A DNA stretch of 63,751 nucleotides, the filler included, from Octopus bimaculoides (Eukaryota): assembly GCF_001194135.2 (NCBI RefSeq). It is 5 parts of 5 records of this genome, joined end to end, with 100 filler letters (N's around TTAATTAATTAA, not from the genome) between each part and the next. Parts side by side here need not be neighbours in the genome. Positions count along the whole stretch, not along the records: positions 17,696 to 48,379 come from NC_068985.1; 4 more parts are not named here. One strand, 5' to 3'. Made by a program: the position numbers and the translations under genes. Below, piece by piece: positions 26,101-40,600 of the stretch. The notes beneath the pieces were generated by a model, which saw only the letters and a program-made list of their open reading frames with translations, searched no databases and was not told the origin of the DNA. How positions within the stretch are numbered: the first letter of the stretch is position 1; each line of letters begins with the position of its first letter.

Positions 26101-26342
26101 ATTTATTTTGAAAGTTAGTTCTGAGAATACTTGTATATCCACCCACAAGACTCCCGTTTTCGTAACAAGTTTTAGGATCTGTCTTTTGATACACAAGCAA
26201 CCAAATCCGACACGCATCTGATTTGCTCTTTTGTTCATATTATTTTTGAATATTCCCTGTATTAAAATGTCATTTTTAAAACGTAAATGACCTTATAATG
26301 TTTGGGGATAAATAACGATATATTTTACATATTGAATATATA

Positions 26343-26460
26343 TAACGATATGTGTTACATATATTACATACATTAACGATATGTGTTACATATATTACAT
26401 ACATTAACGATATGTGTTACATATATTACATACATTACCGATATATGGCACATACATTAC
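26343..26460. repeat. 31-bp minisatellite, about 3.5 copies
   Basis: Unit taacgatatgtgttacatatattacatacat. Confidence 0.9.
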
Positions 26461-27470
26461 ATATACGTTACAAATATTTTGAACATATCAAAAAACAGAA
26501 AAGCATATATATATAAAATGTTTACAAACAAAAAGGCGTAATGAATCGAGTCCTTGGAGATTGTCTTGATTTGATCCTTAGCATCCATTCTTTGTCCACA
26601 AATCTATTAACGTTTCTAAATATATAATTTAAGATTCATCTGTCGTTAGCATTTATGTATTTGGTGCTCTCTTTGATAATTGATTTCGAGACGAATTCAT
26701 CATTTTTATTTCTTTTATGAAAATCATTCGCTGCTAGTAATGTATTTTATATGTTTTATATGACTCTCCTCCGTATGTTGTTGTTTTAACCGATATAACT
26801 TGGCACTATTCTCTTCCGAATTTACCTATTCATATTTTACTGGTGTGGGGAACCAATTAATTACTGTTGACAGATTATTATTACACGTACTGAAGCTCAA
26901 TAATATTTGATATAATGTACGTTCCGGTGATTAAGCATTGGAAGTTTATAATCTATTAGACATTAACTGTCTCGGCCAACTATAGATATAATTTAAGTAT
27001 GCAAACAAACTGATCTTCACAACCCCTTCCATTACATATATACATACATACCTCTATATGTGATTTTACGTGTGTGTGCGTGCATATTCATACGCACATA
27101 GATGCATATATATATATATATATATATACGTATATGAGTGTATATATATATATATANNNNNNNNNNNNNNNNNNNNNNNNNNNNNNNNNNNNNNNNNNNN
27201 NNNNNNNNNNNNNNNNNNNNNNNNNNNNNNNNNNNNNNNNNNNNNNNNNNNNNNNNNNNNNNNNNNNNNNNNNNNNNNNNNNNNNNNNNNNNNNNNNNNN
27301 NNNNNNNNNNNNNNNNNNNNNNNNNNNNNNNNNNNNNNNNNNNNNNNNNNNNNNNNNNNNNNNNNNNNNNNNNNNNNNNNNNNNNNNNNNNNNNNNNNNN
27401 NNNNNNNNNNNNNNNNNNNNNNNNNNNNNNNNNNNNNNNNNNNNNNNNNNNNNNNNNNNNNNNNNNNATA

Positions 27471-27515
<45 letters not shown>

Positions 27516-28770
27516 ATGTATGTATATGCATATACCTCTATATATATATTCGTCTGTATGCACGTACACATTTTATTCATATAACTACACACGCGCAAAT
27601 GACTTGCGAAGATGTATGCTTCCAAATGTGTATGTTAATCCTCGTATGTACTTATATTTCATAGCACTGGTTATGGGCTGTGTCCAAAGGCGGCAGAAGT
27701 TATAATGTGAGGAAACATTTCACAATGTATTGACCTTGAGGTGTAAATGAGAAATTTATTCGTCGTGAATGTCACTCTAGCCCGCTGTTCCCTTCAGCCA
27801 TTGTTCACAAGTGACATCCTAAATTTATTATCTTTTAGTATCATTCCTTCTTCAAAATGAAACAATAAACAGATTGATTTGTATAAAATGTTCTTTTATT
27901 GTGTCTAGCAATATAGCTTTAGAATAAAATCAAACCCTATTTGCATTAATCATTCTGCTGAATCCTACCAAATCTTTCTGTTCTAATGATTTCAGAAAAT
28001 TTTAAATAACATTTATATATATATATCGATTCAACAATAATGAAATGTGTTAACAATCTTACACAGGAAGTAGGCCGAAAACTTCTGAACAAACATTCTT
28101 GATATTTCGTAATGTTCCAGATTTTATCAACACACAGATGTGCCTCAAATATTCAGAACGATTAATGTAAAAGATTCATTAAAAATTATCAGGGCAAGGA
28201 AAGTCTTCTGTGGCTGTCGTCCCTATAATTCAATGGATTGGTTTTCCAAATGTTGAATACCTCCTTAACATCTATCTTCTTAAAGAATGAATTATAAATA
28301 TTTTCAAATAAAACACCATCCACAATTTTATGGACATGAAATGGTGATTTATTATCATATATATAGCCTAAGGACACAGGAAACGTTACCAATTGTACAA
28401 CTCAAAGTTATACACAGTATTTTGTTACTCTGCTTGTTTTGCAGGATGAGCAACTCCTGTGTCAAAACATGTTTTTCTTTTGGTATAACTTGAGCAGATC
28501 AAATGTTACCCAACTGGTAAATATAAAATTAAATATTAATTAGAAACAGTCTGGGTGTTTAATCTTGACATTCTGACCGCCTCGAGATACAACAAAGCAA
28601 TTCACAGTAAGGAAATTGCATACATATTTAAACAGAACTGAAATAATTTAATAACATCTTCTATAATTAAGTGTCTAATAAGAAGATCCAGCAAAGAAAT
28701 GCGTGATGACAGTATTAATCTAATCGCGGTTTCAATTCAGACATGTTTCCCCTTTTGCTTGGTCACTCAT

Positions 28771-28936
28771 TTACTCTTTCACTCATTTGACTGCGATCAC
28801 ACTGGAGATCCGCCTTCAGTCGAACACATCTACACCCAGAACTTATTGTATCGGTCACTTTGGCCGAAGCGCTACGTTTCAGGGACGTAAGCACAACATC
28901 GGTTGTCAAGCGATGCTGGGGCACACAGACACAAAC
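28771..28936 (-). mobile_element. SINE family B, 3' part
   Basis: Reverse-complement match to 17490-17595 and 17170-17270; truncated by a gap. Confidence 0.75.
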
Positions 28937-31900
28937 NNNNNNNNNNNNNNNNNNNNNNNNNNNNNNNNNNNNNNNNNNNNNNNNNNNNNNNNNNNNNNNN
29001 NNNNNNNNNNNNNNNNNNNNNNNNNNNNNNNNNNNNNNNNNNNNNNNNNNNNNNNNNNNNNNNNNNNNNNNNNNNNNNNNNNNNNNNNNNNNNNNNNNNN
29101 NNNNNNNNNNNNNNNNNNNNNNNNNNNNNNNNNNNNNNNNNNNNNNNNNNNNNNNNNNNNNNNNNNNNNNNNNNNNNNNNNNNNNNNNNNNNNNNNNNNN
29201 NNNNNNNNNNNNNNNNNNNNNNNNNNNNNNNNNNNNNNNNNNNNNNNNNNNNNNNNNNNNNNNNNNNNNNNNNNNNNNNNNNNNNNNNNNNNNNNNNNNN
29301 NNNNNNNNNNNNNNNNNNNNNNNNNNNNNNNNNNNNNNNNNNNNNNNNNNNNNNNNNNNNNNNNNNNNNNNNNNNNNNNNNNNNNNNNNNNNNNNNNNNN
29401 NNNNNNNNNNNNNNNNNNNNNNNNNNNNNNNNNNNNNNNNNNNNNNNNNNNNNNNNNNNNNNNNNNNNNNNNNNNNNNNNNNNNNNNNNNNNNNNNNNNN
29501 NNNNNNNNNNNNNNNNNNNNNNNNNNNNNNNNNNNNNNNNNNNNNNNNNNNNNNNNNNNNNNNNNNNNNNNNNNNNNNNNNNNNNNNNNNNNNNNNNNNN
29601 NNNNNNNNNNNNNNNNNNNNNNNNNNNNNNNNNNNNNNNNNNNNNNNNNNNNNNNNNNNNNNNNNNNNNNNNNNNNNNNNNNNNNNNNNNNNNNNNNNNN
29701 NNNNNNNNNNNNNNNNNNNNNNNNNNNNNNNNNNNNNNNNNNNNNNNNNNNNNNNNNNNNNNNNNNNNNNNNNNNNNNNNNNNNNNNNNNNNNNNNNNNN
29801 NNNNNNNNNNNNNNNNNNNNNNNNNNNNNNNNNNNNNNNNNNNNNNNNNNNNNNNNNNNNNNNNNNNNNNNNNNNNNNNNNNNNNNNNNNNNNNNNNNNN
29901 NNNNNNNNNNNNNNNNNNNNNNNNNNNNNNNNNTTGAGAATATTTGGGCCTCAACATAGCCAACGAACAGATTCGCATAGTTGTGGCTCATTCACGTTAT
30001 ATTTATATGTGTGTGTGGGTATGTGTGTGTGTGTGTGTATGTGTGTGTGTGTGTGTGTGTATGTGTGTGTATACATATATATATTGTCATAAACTAATAC
30101 GGAAGCGTTGTGTAATTTGATTTAATTTTAGAAAGTAATTTAATCTTGGACTTACTCGAATAGCTATCAAAACAGCTTTAGAGAATCGGGTGCGCACACA
30201 CACACATACACACGCGCAGACCAAACCACCCACACCACTCGACATACACACACACACACGACAAAACCACACACCTACTCACACAGACACACTCAGACAC
30301 ACATACACACCCGCACACAATATATTATCAATGAACAAGAGAGTAGTTTGAAGAGACACCATCGTTGTTCTAGTGTCTACTGGATATGAAACGGAACGTA
30401 AGAAAGCATCACTAGTTTCTGCGTCAATTTCCTGCTACTTCTTGGAATTTTTGGAGGGTTTGGTAACTCAATAAATTTCGATGACTAATGATATTTCTAT
30501 ACATTTTCAGATACATTTTCATTGTACATTTGCAAGTACTTAACATTTTTACGAAATATGATAAAGCGATTTAAAATAGTTCAGATATTTGAAAGCAATG
30601 TTAAATTCGAAAACGACTGTGTTTTCAATAGAACGCGTTCGAAAAAGCATTCATCCCAGGACATGCATAATTGTGAATGTATGAAAAGTGTTCCCTTATG
30701 TCCCTACCTCTGCTGATACGAATTCTATTTGTCATTCCGTTACTTTGCTCGTCGGTAACGCTTTCACGTAATTAGTGAAAGAGTGGGAGAAAGAAAAGTG
30801 GAAAAGAGAAAAAGGAGAGAGAAGTATCCATGACTTGAGACAGAGCGAATGTTATTGTAACGTGTTCACGGGATTATTTGCAGGGAAAGATGGAATAAAA
30901 TAAAGGCTGAGTGAAAAAGAGGGTAAGATGACACGTGTGAGAGAAGCAGGGGGGACGAAAATGGTAGAGAGAAAACGACGGGGAGAGAAATGTCGATGAT
31001 CTGAGGTAGGGGTACGTAATATTCATTACTTGATTAATAAAGTTAGTTAAAGGTAATTATGATAGACAGGAGGAGAGTTAAATAAATAATTTTACCCGAG
31101 AGGTGATATTCTGATGGTGAGATTAAAGAAAGGCACACAAAGAGGAGACGGAAAAAGAGAGAGGAAGAAGTGAGAGATGGGAGATAGATGATGATGGTGG
31201 TCGTAGTGATGGTTGTGGTAGTGTTGGTGGTGGTTTTGGTGGTGGTGGTGTTGGCGGTGGTGGTGATGGTGGCTGTGGTGGTGTGGCAGTAGTGTATTTT
31301 TTTTCATTGAACTATGTTTTGTATATAATTTATTACATAACGCAAGCGCATAGGTGCAGTTCCGTGGAATATTCACGGTTATTTACCCTGGCATATATAT
31401 GCAATTTAACTAAAGGTTGTATCATATACACCGTTATTTTTTATGCTGTGTATTAAGTCTATGAAATTGTACATAAAGTATATAAAGTATGTATATATAT
31501 AGTGCATAACGTAATTGTCGGATTCCAGTTTTTTCAGTTGTTAGTGAGTAGCAAATGAGCGACTATTTTTCCACAGAGACACACCACATGCTACGCTGTC
31601 AGGAGTTTTAGATAAAGTTTTCATACATAACCACATAGGTTTACCATCAATTCCGTGAAATATTCATGGGATCCCGCAAGTGTATACGTATTTGGTGTCG
31701 CATCCTCATTTACCATATGCTTATGAAGGCATTAGCGTGTGCTTGAGAGCCATATAGAGAGAAAGAGGGGGGGGGAATGATATAGAGAGAGACAGAGAGA
31801 AACGTAGATGGACCGACAGTTAGATATACAGAGATAAATTTAATTTCTTTGTTCCATGATAATTCGCAGATATTTAAAGAAAGTTTGTTTGATATTACTT

Positions 31901-32849
31901 CATATTGAAGTATTCTGTGTTCCTCTTGTTTGTTACATATCTTTAATAGATATATTAGAATTCGACAAATGAAGCACTCAAAGTATTTGTTATAAACGTA
32001 TTATTCAACGACGTATTGATGTACTGCAGTAATCTGCATCCTCAAACCACCTGCACAGATAGAATTTAATTATCAATTTTACTGTTATTTCCCTTCATTG
32101 TTTTCAGCAACGGTTTATCAGAGTGTATCTATTTCCCTATTTTTAAATGTTTCATTACAATATTCTTTAAATAATCTTATCATGTACGCCACATCTACTT
32201 TAAAGTGGTGAGTAAATGGGAGAAGATGAAATCTTACGCAAAGCTGTTTATATATTTTATTAATCAATTTTAGAAGTCATTATATTAACAGATATTTCCA
32301 CAGTAGGAACAGTTTCGTTAAAGAAATATTACAGAAGAAATTGTCACCTCTAATGAACAATAATCAATATGTGATAAGAATCATTGATATAAACACAAAG
32401 GCAAAACATGTTTGAAGATGAACTTGAATAATAAAACTGCATCAATTAATTATACTCAGAAAGTATAGTGACAATGTTAGATGAGTATCTTGATGAGGGC
32501 ATCAAGTACACAGATGGAAACAGTGTGAGATACTTAAGTAGCCTGAAGATGCAGTATATAATTTCGAGTCATCTTATGAAGATAATTTTGTATGTTATTT
32601 TATATCAGGTGCTCATTCAAGTATTTCTGTAATTTTCTAAGAATACAATTCGTGTATAATTTAGCGATATACTTTAAGATACTATGATGCTACAGAGACT
32701 TAAAATACCGCGTAATATCAACGTACATACACTTGCGCAACCCGCCCTCATACAACTCACGTTGACACAAACACAAACACGCACAACGAAACACATGGAG
32801 TGGGCGAGAGTGATTATGTATATGTGCATCAAAAGTAAATCATTGAACA

Positions 32850-33245
32850 AAAACTAAGGTGAATCAGTGAACACAAGCTGAGGAAAATCAGTGAACAGAA
32901 GCTAAGGCGAATTAATGAACACAAGTTGAGGCGAATTGTTAAACACAAGCTAGGGTGGATCAGTGAACACAATCTAGGGTGTATCGATGTACACAAACTA
33001 AGGAGAACCAGTGAACAAAAGCAAAGACAAAACAGTGAACACAAGCTATGCCGAATCAATGAACCGAAATTAAGCCAATCAGTGAACACAAACTAAGGCG
33101 AATCAATGAACACAAACTAAGGCAAATCAGTGAATATAAAGTAAGGCAAATGAATGAACCCAAACTAAGGCAAATCAGTGAACACAAACTAAGGCGTATC
33201 AGTGAACACAAACTAAGGCGAATAATGAAAACACAAACTAAGGCG
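32850..33245. repeat. 24-bp minisatellite, about 16 copies
   Basis: Consensus AACTAAGGCGAATCAGTGAACACA; the ORF track shows 8-aa periodicity (LSLCSLIR). Confidence 0.92.
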
Positions 33246-33277
33246 ATGAATCGTGCAAAAATACTGATTTCAAACTT

Positions 33278-33814
33278 CAGCATGACCAGCAGTTTGAGGA
33301 GCAGTGCCTAAATGGATTGCATTGATCCTGGGGTTCAACTGCATATTATTTTATAGACCCAGAAATAAGGGAATGCTAAGTCTACTCGACGGAATTTGAA
33401 ATCAAAACGCGAAGAGAGACGAAATGCCGCTAAGCATTTTTCTCGGCGTACTAATGAATCTTCTAGCTCGCTGCCTTTAAGGATGCTTTCTAATATTGGG
33501 ACAAGGGCTGAAATTTGGACGAAGGGACCAGTCACATCGACTCCATTGTTTTACTGGTACTTATTCCATCGATCTAGAAAGGGTGAAAAGCAAAGTCGAC
33601 CCCTGCGGAATTTAAACTCGGAACGAAGCGATGGGCGAAATAACGCTAAGCATTTCGTCCACGATGCTAGCGATTGTGCCAGCTCGTCGCCTTCTCACTG
33701 CCTTTAATAAGGATTTAAAGTTTTTCAACAACCACAAGGGCAACTTGGGGGATGGGACTCAGGCGATTACATCGTCCACAGTGCGTAACAGGTACGTATT
33801 TAATCGATCCTGAA

Positions 33815-33816
<2 letters not shown>
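33278..33816 (-). repeat. Tandem array of tRNA-derived SINE family C units (2 full and 1 partial)
   Basis: Recurrent (g)tcgattacatcgac, ggaatttgaa and gctaagcattt motifs; same unit as 55880-56782. Confidence 0.8.
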
Positions 33817-33846
<30 letters not shown>

Positions 33847-36800
33847 GTAAGCAGAATTAGCTGTTATAGTGCATTAAATGGCATCAACATTTAGATCTTT
33901 GGAATACTAGAATGACAGTATCCTTAAAAANNNNNNNNNNNNNNNNNNNNNNNNNNNNNNNNNNNNNNNNNNNNNNNNNNNNNNNNNNNNNNNNNNNNNN
34001 NNNNNNNNNNNNNNNNNNNNNNNNNNNNNNNNNNNNNNNNNNNNNNNNNNGAATGACAGTATCCTTAAATATATAATTTGGTACAGTCTGTCCATGTATA
34101 CAAACTTTAAATTGGTCATTTCCCTTACATTTTACACTGTAGCGTAAATATATGCTGTGAAGATAATGTCACACACATTCGGTGCTACAATATTTCCGCA
34201 TGATGTTCATCAAAAAAAAGAAAACGAGTTACAGTGTCTCCCACATTATACGTTCCTTCACTTTTATTGATAACGTTTGCGATAGTAAATGCAAAGTGTG
34301 CCACGATCTAAACTCTGTTTTCCAATTCAAAATATAAAACTGGTCAGGCATTTGCAACGGACATCCCCTTTCCGTCAGCCTATCGTAACTGGTATTACAC
34401 GAATGATCATGGACATTACGAAAGGTGATTCTACCCGACCCGTGTATGGAGAATGATATAACGATTAAATATAACGATTCATACATGAATTAAATATAAC
34501 AACTCATAGAAATATTACTCCAAGTGCCATTTTTGACGTACCAAAATCATTAAACAGGATGTATTAATCATTTTATTAAATCTATTTTCCAATTAGATAT
34601 AACTATAGTTGTTTGGAGGATATTATATTATTTGCTACTGGTTGGCATATTAAATGTGAAAAATTCAGAAAATTTCATACTACTTTCTAGAAGGGCATTC
34701 ACTTACTTAAAATATATAGAATCGGCATTGTTACATAAGCATTGTTAACTGAATATTTGTTTCCTATACTTTACTCTTCTTTATTCAGGGTTCTAATGTG
34801 GTCTGGTTTATGAAACTCAGGCAACCAAACCATTTTTGTAAATCCACGAACTTTCTTGGAGCTATTATACAATAGTTTCAAATATTATAAAATAGTTTCG
34901 AATTCAACCAAATCATTTCCTACTTCGTGCATGTGCTTACACTTCTTGTTCGCAGGGGATATCTACACATGAAGAAGATAAGAATATTAATTTTAAATAT
35001 TTTAGAAAGACAACTCTTAAGGTTAAAATAGGCTTTCAAACTCATTTAAATATCTTAGATTGTGCAAGATGACTAAGATTTCAGCGTATATTTCTAACAC
35101 ATTGTGCAAAAGCAGTGATGGGTTTCTAACGAAGAGCGATCCTCATGATCCGTTGGCATAAACTGTTGCAGACGGGCAACAAAGAGAGTGTAAGACACAT
35201 ACAAGGATATTTTTATTTTATTTTTAAGGGAAGGTCGGTAACAAACCTCTGGTAAATTTTTAGTTCATCTGATTTATGGTCACCAGATACTGAATAACCA
35301 TGGTCAATGGAAATGTTTAAATGCGTCCAGAAATATAAAAGTCAGATTTAAAGGCAAGTGGGTGAATCAATTGATTTGGTTTCACAATTTATAACAAATG
35401 ATTTTGGTGCTATTGCATCCGGCGATGCGGAGTGGCTATTATTATTGAGGATTTATAAATTAACTGAAAAACCGACGGGTCATTGCAAGGAAATGTGAGA
35501 TGCCAAATGAAAAGTGAAACTTCTACAGAAGATATGAATTTACGAATGCACACGTTGTAATTATGAAGAAATCATACAGAATTTTGACTCATACACGCAG
35601 ATATTTTAAAAGTTCTCCTAAAATGTTCATAGACGAAGTCATGCATTTGACACATATTTGATTTAATTCATCGATGCAAGATAAAGTAGTGCAAAGATAA
35701 GAACCAGCAATGCCTAGTGCCGGCTGCCTGTATCTTATCTACTCATCTATTTTTCCACTTTAAGATATATCTACATGATGAACGTAGCCATTTTAAAGAA
35801 TCACTCCCAAATGTATAGCGCACGAGTATTTATGAAAAATATATAAACTATATATATGTGTTGATTTTATACATACACTGACGATTATACACGCACATAC
35901 ACGCACACGAATACACACATACATACACACACACACACACACACAGAAAAATAAATTTTTATACATTTATGTGATATATATGTACATATGAATATATTGC
36001 TTTTTCCTATCTCTCTCACTCTCTCTCTCTCTCTCTCTCTCATAAAGATAAATGTGTGTGTATGTGTTTGTCTGTGTGTGTGTGAGCAAATGTGTGTGTG
36101 TGTGAGCAAATGTGTGTGTGTGTGAGCAACTGTGTGTGCGTCTGAGTTTATGCTTTTCTGTATGTTGATGTACACATATAGAGGCACCCACCACATAACT
36201 GCTACAGAGGAATAAAAAATATATATATATACATAAAACAGCCAGCGTAAGTAGATAGGTTTGGAAAGACACGTGAGGTAAAATAATACGTACAATTAAT
36301 AAACACAATCAAAGAAGCACTTCAAAATATAAGTATATAAATGAAAACCGATATAAAAAAATATAATTGTTTCATACTTTCAGTGGTTCTACCTCCACTA
36401 TCTTCCTCTCTATATAGACTGAATGAAAATGGAAAATGAAAATAAAAATGAAATAGCGAAGCGCTCAAGTACTGCAATAAAAATTTAAAAATCAAGCGAA
36501 TATCCTTCACTGCAGCAAATAACAGAGAAAGGTCAAATTTATTTCCCTCATACCATTTCTTGTGCAGTTCTGTATTAAGAAATGTCATTCTACTTAGTTT
36601 TTCTTCTGTCGTTTTCAAACTTATTTACACAATTCTAAGTATATGATGTTATTTCGCTCTCCTTACTCTCCTTCTTACTCTTCGTTGCAGTTTTACTGAT
36701 GGAACTTTTTTTTCTTAATGATTGTTGTTCTTTTTCAGTAGTTGTTGTATTTCTATACGATTGGCCTTTGTAAAATGAAGGGTTTTGCTCGTATTTTCCT

Positions 36801-37520
36801 TTACTGCTCTTGCCATTTTCTTTGAGTCTAAATACCATATTTTATGTGCCTATGTTGTATTTTAGTTTTACTTTATCTCTATCGATTATTTAAGGACAAA
36901 TACTTTACACATTTAATCTGCTATGTTGTAAGAATTCTGCAAAAAATATACCTCACACACACTCTCAAAAACTTTGTTATACTTTACAATTCTATCCCTA
37001 CACTTAGATCTGTTTTAACATTTTCTTACAATACTATTCTTTATGCAGAATGATATTTCTTTTCACTCACTCTAAGTATACACTATATTGCGAATCTCTT
37101 GATCTATGTACATTCAACTTCGTAAGTTTTCTTTTATGTCTCGATGTATTATATATACTCTAAATCAAATTTATAGTATTCAAAAATCCTCATTGCATGT
37201 AGCAATTTGTTTACAGAAACTTTCATATTTCCGTCACTCCGACCAACCATCGCTTCTCACCCCGTCCATTCATCATCATTATTTACGCCATCCACATTTA
37301 TGTCTACCCATTTGTTACTCATTCAATCGATCGGTCGATTATGATCCAAGCTTATCCACGGAGTTAAAGCCAAATTAATTTCAGTGTTTTATACTAGCTT
37401 TGTTGAGGCTGCTCTAATTTAAATGTTCACATTCTATACTGGGTACTGAATACCATTGTTGCTTTTCATTAACACGACCTTGCATCTGTATATTTATCTA
37501 TCTATCTATATTTATATCTA

Positions 37521-37562
<42 letters not shown>

Positions 37563-37623
37563 NNNNNNNNNNNNNNNNNNNNNNNNNNNNNNNNNNNNNN
37601 NNNNNNNNNNNNNNNNNNNNNNN

Positions 37624-37658
<35 letters not shown>

Positions 37659-37699
37659 ATGTGTGTGTGGGTGTGAGTATATGCATATATATGCATGTG

Positions 37700-37830
37700 T
37701 TTGTGTGTCTGTGTTTGTCCCCCAACCGTCGCTTGACATGCGATGTTGGTGTGTTTACGTCCCCGTAACTTAGCTGTCCGGCATAAGAGACCGATAGAAT
37801 ATGTACTAAGCTTACAAAAAGAAGCATATG
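37700..37830 (+). mobile_element. SINE family B, internal/3' fragment
   Basis: Matches 17490-17595. Confidence 0.75.
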
Positions 37831-37866
37831 TAATTGATTATCAACACCATCACCACTTGCATCCAG

Positions 37867-37915
<49 letters not shown>

Positions 37916-37997
37916 TACACACACACACTCACACAAAATGAATTCGTGCATTGTGCCAGAATTATAAAGTATAATCAATTATGGAGTGCAAGGCTAA

Positions 37998-38180
37998 GAG
38001 ATGGCAGAATCGTTAGCACACTGAGCGAAATATAAAGCGGTATTCCTTGTGTCATCACGTTCATTGTTCAAATATTCTTAGAGTCGAATTAAGTGCGAGT
38101 TACGCATTGGAGTCGATATAATCGACTGGTCCTTTCCCCCAAAACGTCAAGTCGTGTGTCTATAGTAGAAAGGATGATTA
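37998..38180 (+). mobile_element. SINE family C, single copy with an internal deletion
   Basis: tggcagaatcgttagcac head, gtcgatataatcgac hairpin and tatagtagaaaggat tail. Confidence 0.65.
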
Positions 38181-40149
38181 GATATGAAATATAACTGACA
38201 TAAAAATGAGTTCGAAGCGAAAATGCCTTGCGGGACCGTGATTTATATCCTGCAGGCCCTGCTATGTTGTATGTTCAAAATCGAAGTCAACCGTCGTTTC
38301 ATTATTCGGGGGCCACAGATTAATGAAAATACGAAGTAGTGAGATTTATACTATATATTACTCCATCTTCTCAAACTTTCTATTTTTGAGCGTAAATTAA
38401 AACTCATTTTATTGTTACTCGTCTATATCAAACATTTACGCGTTCACGCTCAACTTTTATACATTATTTCTGTTATTTTTTGTATTATAGAAATAATCAA
38501 CCACGAAGAAAGAACATACCAATGCCTCATCCTTCCTCCAGCTCGTGCTTCCCTGTATGTTGAATATATATGGATATCATGCTATGTTGTGTCACCGTGC
38601 ACCTTTGATATCACTGACTTTGATACCATTGATTAGATCAAATCTGACGCCAGACATCCAATAACATTTTCGCTCTCTAAGTACAGACTCCAAAATCCTT
38701 AATGTATAATGTATTAGTTTCATCATTATATTCTGCATTTATAATATAATTGCCAGTCTTTTCTTCCACAGTTTTAACAGATTACATACATTCACAGTAT
38801 CTATGAGTTCTCTTGATATAACTTGATATAACGGAACTTGTACTCAGTGTTATTGTCTCGTATTTGTTTTTATCAAATGTCAGCTACTGTTTGGGAATAT
38901 CTCTCCTATCGTGTCTGTTGAAGAACAATTCGAAGCAACAGCTGAAATATTATTAAATGTAGTCTACCTGAAACAATCAAATGGGTATCGGCGTTTCACA
39001 CTCAGAACTGTGTAGAGCAAGTTTCTTTATCAAAATGAACCGAAATAAAAGACGGGCATTTATTCTACAGCTAAACTGTAAAATACCGAATCATTTGTTC
39101 TGAATGTTTAATTAATTCCATAGAACCAGAATGTGATTAGTTTCTTACAGAATATTCTGCATATTTAGTGTAGATCTTAAGTTATTTAGTACTTTCCTGA
39201 ATTATAGTTTTGTAGTATTGTCAAACACCAAGTTATTGGTACTCAGCTAACCTTACAACTATACATACGTTGCTATGAGCTATTCCGAAATGTTATCTGC
39301 TGCCTTGTTTCTTACATCGCATGCAAATAATTCATTTCACAAAGAGCAATAAGATCATTTACTTTTCAGTAAGAACTTTGATTAAAATTGCATTCGCGAA
39401 TTTACCCGATGTCCTTCCAATTTTCCGAAGCAACATTAATGGTCTTTTAATTCTAACGCTCAACTCCTCATGCTATTAAAAAGTTACCGCCAATCTCCCA
39501 TTGTTACAATAATACACATTTGAAATCCATGCTTATTTATTAAATTCTATGAATTATTTTTTCCAAACATTAAGTGTAATCTAGTTTCATAATCATCATT
39601 GGAATATTTATTTTTACCGATTGAGATAAGTGACTGACATCATTTTTACAACTCCTCATCGTTTCCTATAAGGGTTTCTTAAGTTTGAATCGATATCGGA
39701 AACGAAACGTTATTGTATCAATATGTTCTAGAATTACTATGTTAGCTTATCTAGTTACCTGTCTCCAAGTAAATGATTTGTCAGAACTGAAAGACTTCAA
39801 AATCGGAAAGATATTTTTCAAAGAATTTTATTACATTTTGGAGGAAATAAAAAAGAAACTGATAGCTGATGAAAATGAGTCACATGGTTGTTTTCAAACA
39901 CGTCAGTTTCCTATAATTTGTAATGTGAAATATGAATATACATTTCTTAGTAAATCTCCAAGAATAAATGGATAAGTTATTTCGATGGACAGTTTTATTT
40001 AGGAGCAGAGTAGAAACTGATTTTTGCAACAGTTGAATAATTTTTTTCCGTTACTGTTCATAACTTTGGATTCCAAGTATACAAGTCTGTGTAGTGGAGT
40101 AGTTTTCTTCAATGAAATAATTCTTATTTCTGGGCCCACATCCAAGATG

Positions 40150-40600
40150 CGTCAGACATTGCTATGCCATACCTCACCATTCCAAATTGACTTTGTTTGA
40201 ACATCTGTTTAATGTTGTGTGTCTCTGTCAAAAATGTCAATGTTTTTTTCTTCCTCCCCTTCGATATTCTCAGTAGTAAGCAGGAATTCCTACCCTGCGT
40301 TGAGTAATAATAAATGTCATTTGTGGAATTTAGCCATGTTTATCTCCACTTTAGCCGTGTGTTCTTACCCCGTGTTATATGAGGCTATCATCAAAAGCCC
40401 CAAATACTGGCCACCAAGTTTACACTCCATAGACTGGAATGTTCTCCGCATACACCGCGTGAATGTGATACGTATTGTTGTCCTTCCCGTTTGCCATGTC
40501 ATTTGAAGGATTTTAAATGCATTGCAGGTTGTTTCGATTCTAAGTAGACATCATATTCAGAATACCTTACTCTGTGCGCATCCAGCTATGTAATTCTGAC
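40150..40600 (-). pseudogene. Highly decayed LINE (RTE-like) RT/thumb remnant
   Basis: Minus frames give QYLGLLM...EHTAKVEINMAKFHK and KNIDIF...WNGEVW, resembling KYLG...E...RI..A...F and K..IF...LYG.E.W; many stops. Confidence 0.35.

Noticed and set aside
32850-33245. CRISPR-like regular repeat
   Set aside because: Units are contiguous with no unique spacers, in a eukaryotic context
33907-34070. gaatgacagtatccttaaa repeated on both sides of a gap
   Set aside because: Most likely an unmerged contig overlap
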